Both the position numbers and the translations under genes were made by a program. A DNA stretch of 64,000 bases from Pseudomonadota bacterium. Its GTDB lineage: Bacteria; Campylobacterota; Campylobacteria; Campylobacterales; Sulfurimonadaceae. A model generated the notes under the pieces. The model did no database searches. It saw only the letters and a program-made list of their open reading frames with translations, and had not been told where the DNA came from. The stretch spans positions 64,001 to 128,000 of the forward strand of contig JAZDQA010000004.1 of NCBI GenBank assembly GCA_043797085.1, written 5' to 3'. Positions 63,764 through 64,000 of this stretch are shown here, piece by piece; the first letter of the stretch is position 1; each line of letters begins with the position of its first letter.

Positions 63764-64000
63764 TTATCCTTTGATATTTGGCGGCCACTCTTGATTGTTG
63801 ACACGAGATGTCCAAATCAAAAAGTCTGCAAGATTAGTCACTTGTTCAGGTGTTAAATGAAACTGAGGCATTTTTCTTCTATGTGGTATATCCATCGGCT
63901 GTGCCGCCATCCATCCGGCAAGATAAGTTTTGAATACTTCTTCATCGCCTCCGCCTAAACGTTGGAATGCGTTTCCAAGTTCCGGAGCATAATAAGCACC
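63764..64000 (-). CDS. norC: Nitric oxide reductase cytochrome c subunit (C-terminal part; start outside window)
   Basis: Manual translation GAYYAPELGN...RRKMPQFHLT...EWPPNIKG*, directly upstream of norB. Confidence 0.92.
   Translation of the reverse strand, partial: GAYYAPELGNAFQRLGGGDEEVFKTYLAGWMAAQPMDIPHRRKMPQFHLTPEQVTNLADFLIWTSRVNNQEWPPNIKG

Overview
Core chromosomal window of a Campylobacterota (epsilonproteobacterial) sulfur-oxidiser-type bacterium. Gene content and order fit the Sulfuricurvum/Sulfurimonas group; this assignment is inferred, not proven. The left half (1-30 kb) is mostly housekeeping: a type E-like sdh/frd operon, thiL-truD-psd, folD-lepB-rpiB-apt-trpB-pepA-ychF, hemL, rpoD, sigma54-driven flgFG, two tandem adenylate kinases, aspS and recQ. 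A small accessory patch follows (30.8-35.3 kb). The right half is an anaerobic/nitrogen-oxide respiration neighbourhood: cytochrome c553, class III RNR, a porin, napAGHBFLD, moaA, a siroheme nitrite/sulfite reductase, an Rrf2-pyk-oxidoreductase-exporter run and norCBDQEF. Main observations: (1) seven TTGAY-N4-RTCAA boxes serve eight promoters at nearly identical class II spacing (22 nt from a -10 hexamer, one at 23 nt), outlining a Crp/Fnr-type regulon; (2) a Crp/Fnr gene is translationally coupled to a kinase-less NarX-P-box membrane sensor directly upstream of nap, a candidate undescribed nitrate-sensing system; (3) NrdD is split, with its glycyl-radical loop on a separate 54-aa ORF missed by the ORF track; (4) a two-copy palindromic REP/RPE-like element, one copy apparently supplying the nrdG ribosome-binding site; (5) a candidate 3'-UTR structured RNA with an anti-Shine-Dalgarno loop. 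No rRNA, tRNA, CRISPR array, transposase or prophage was seen.
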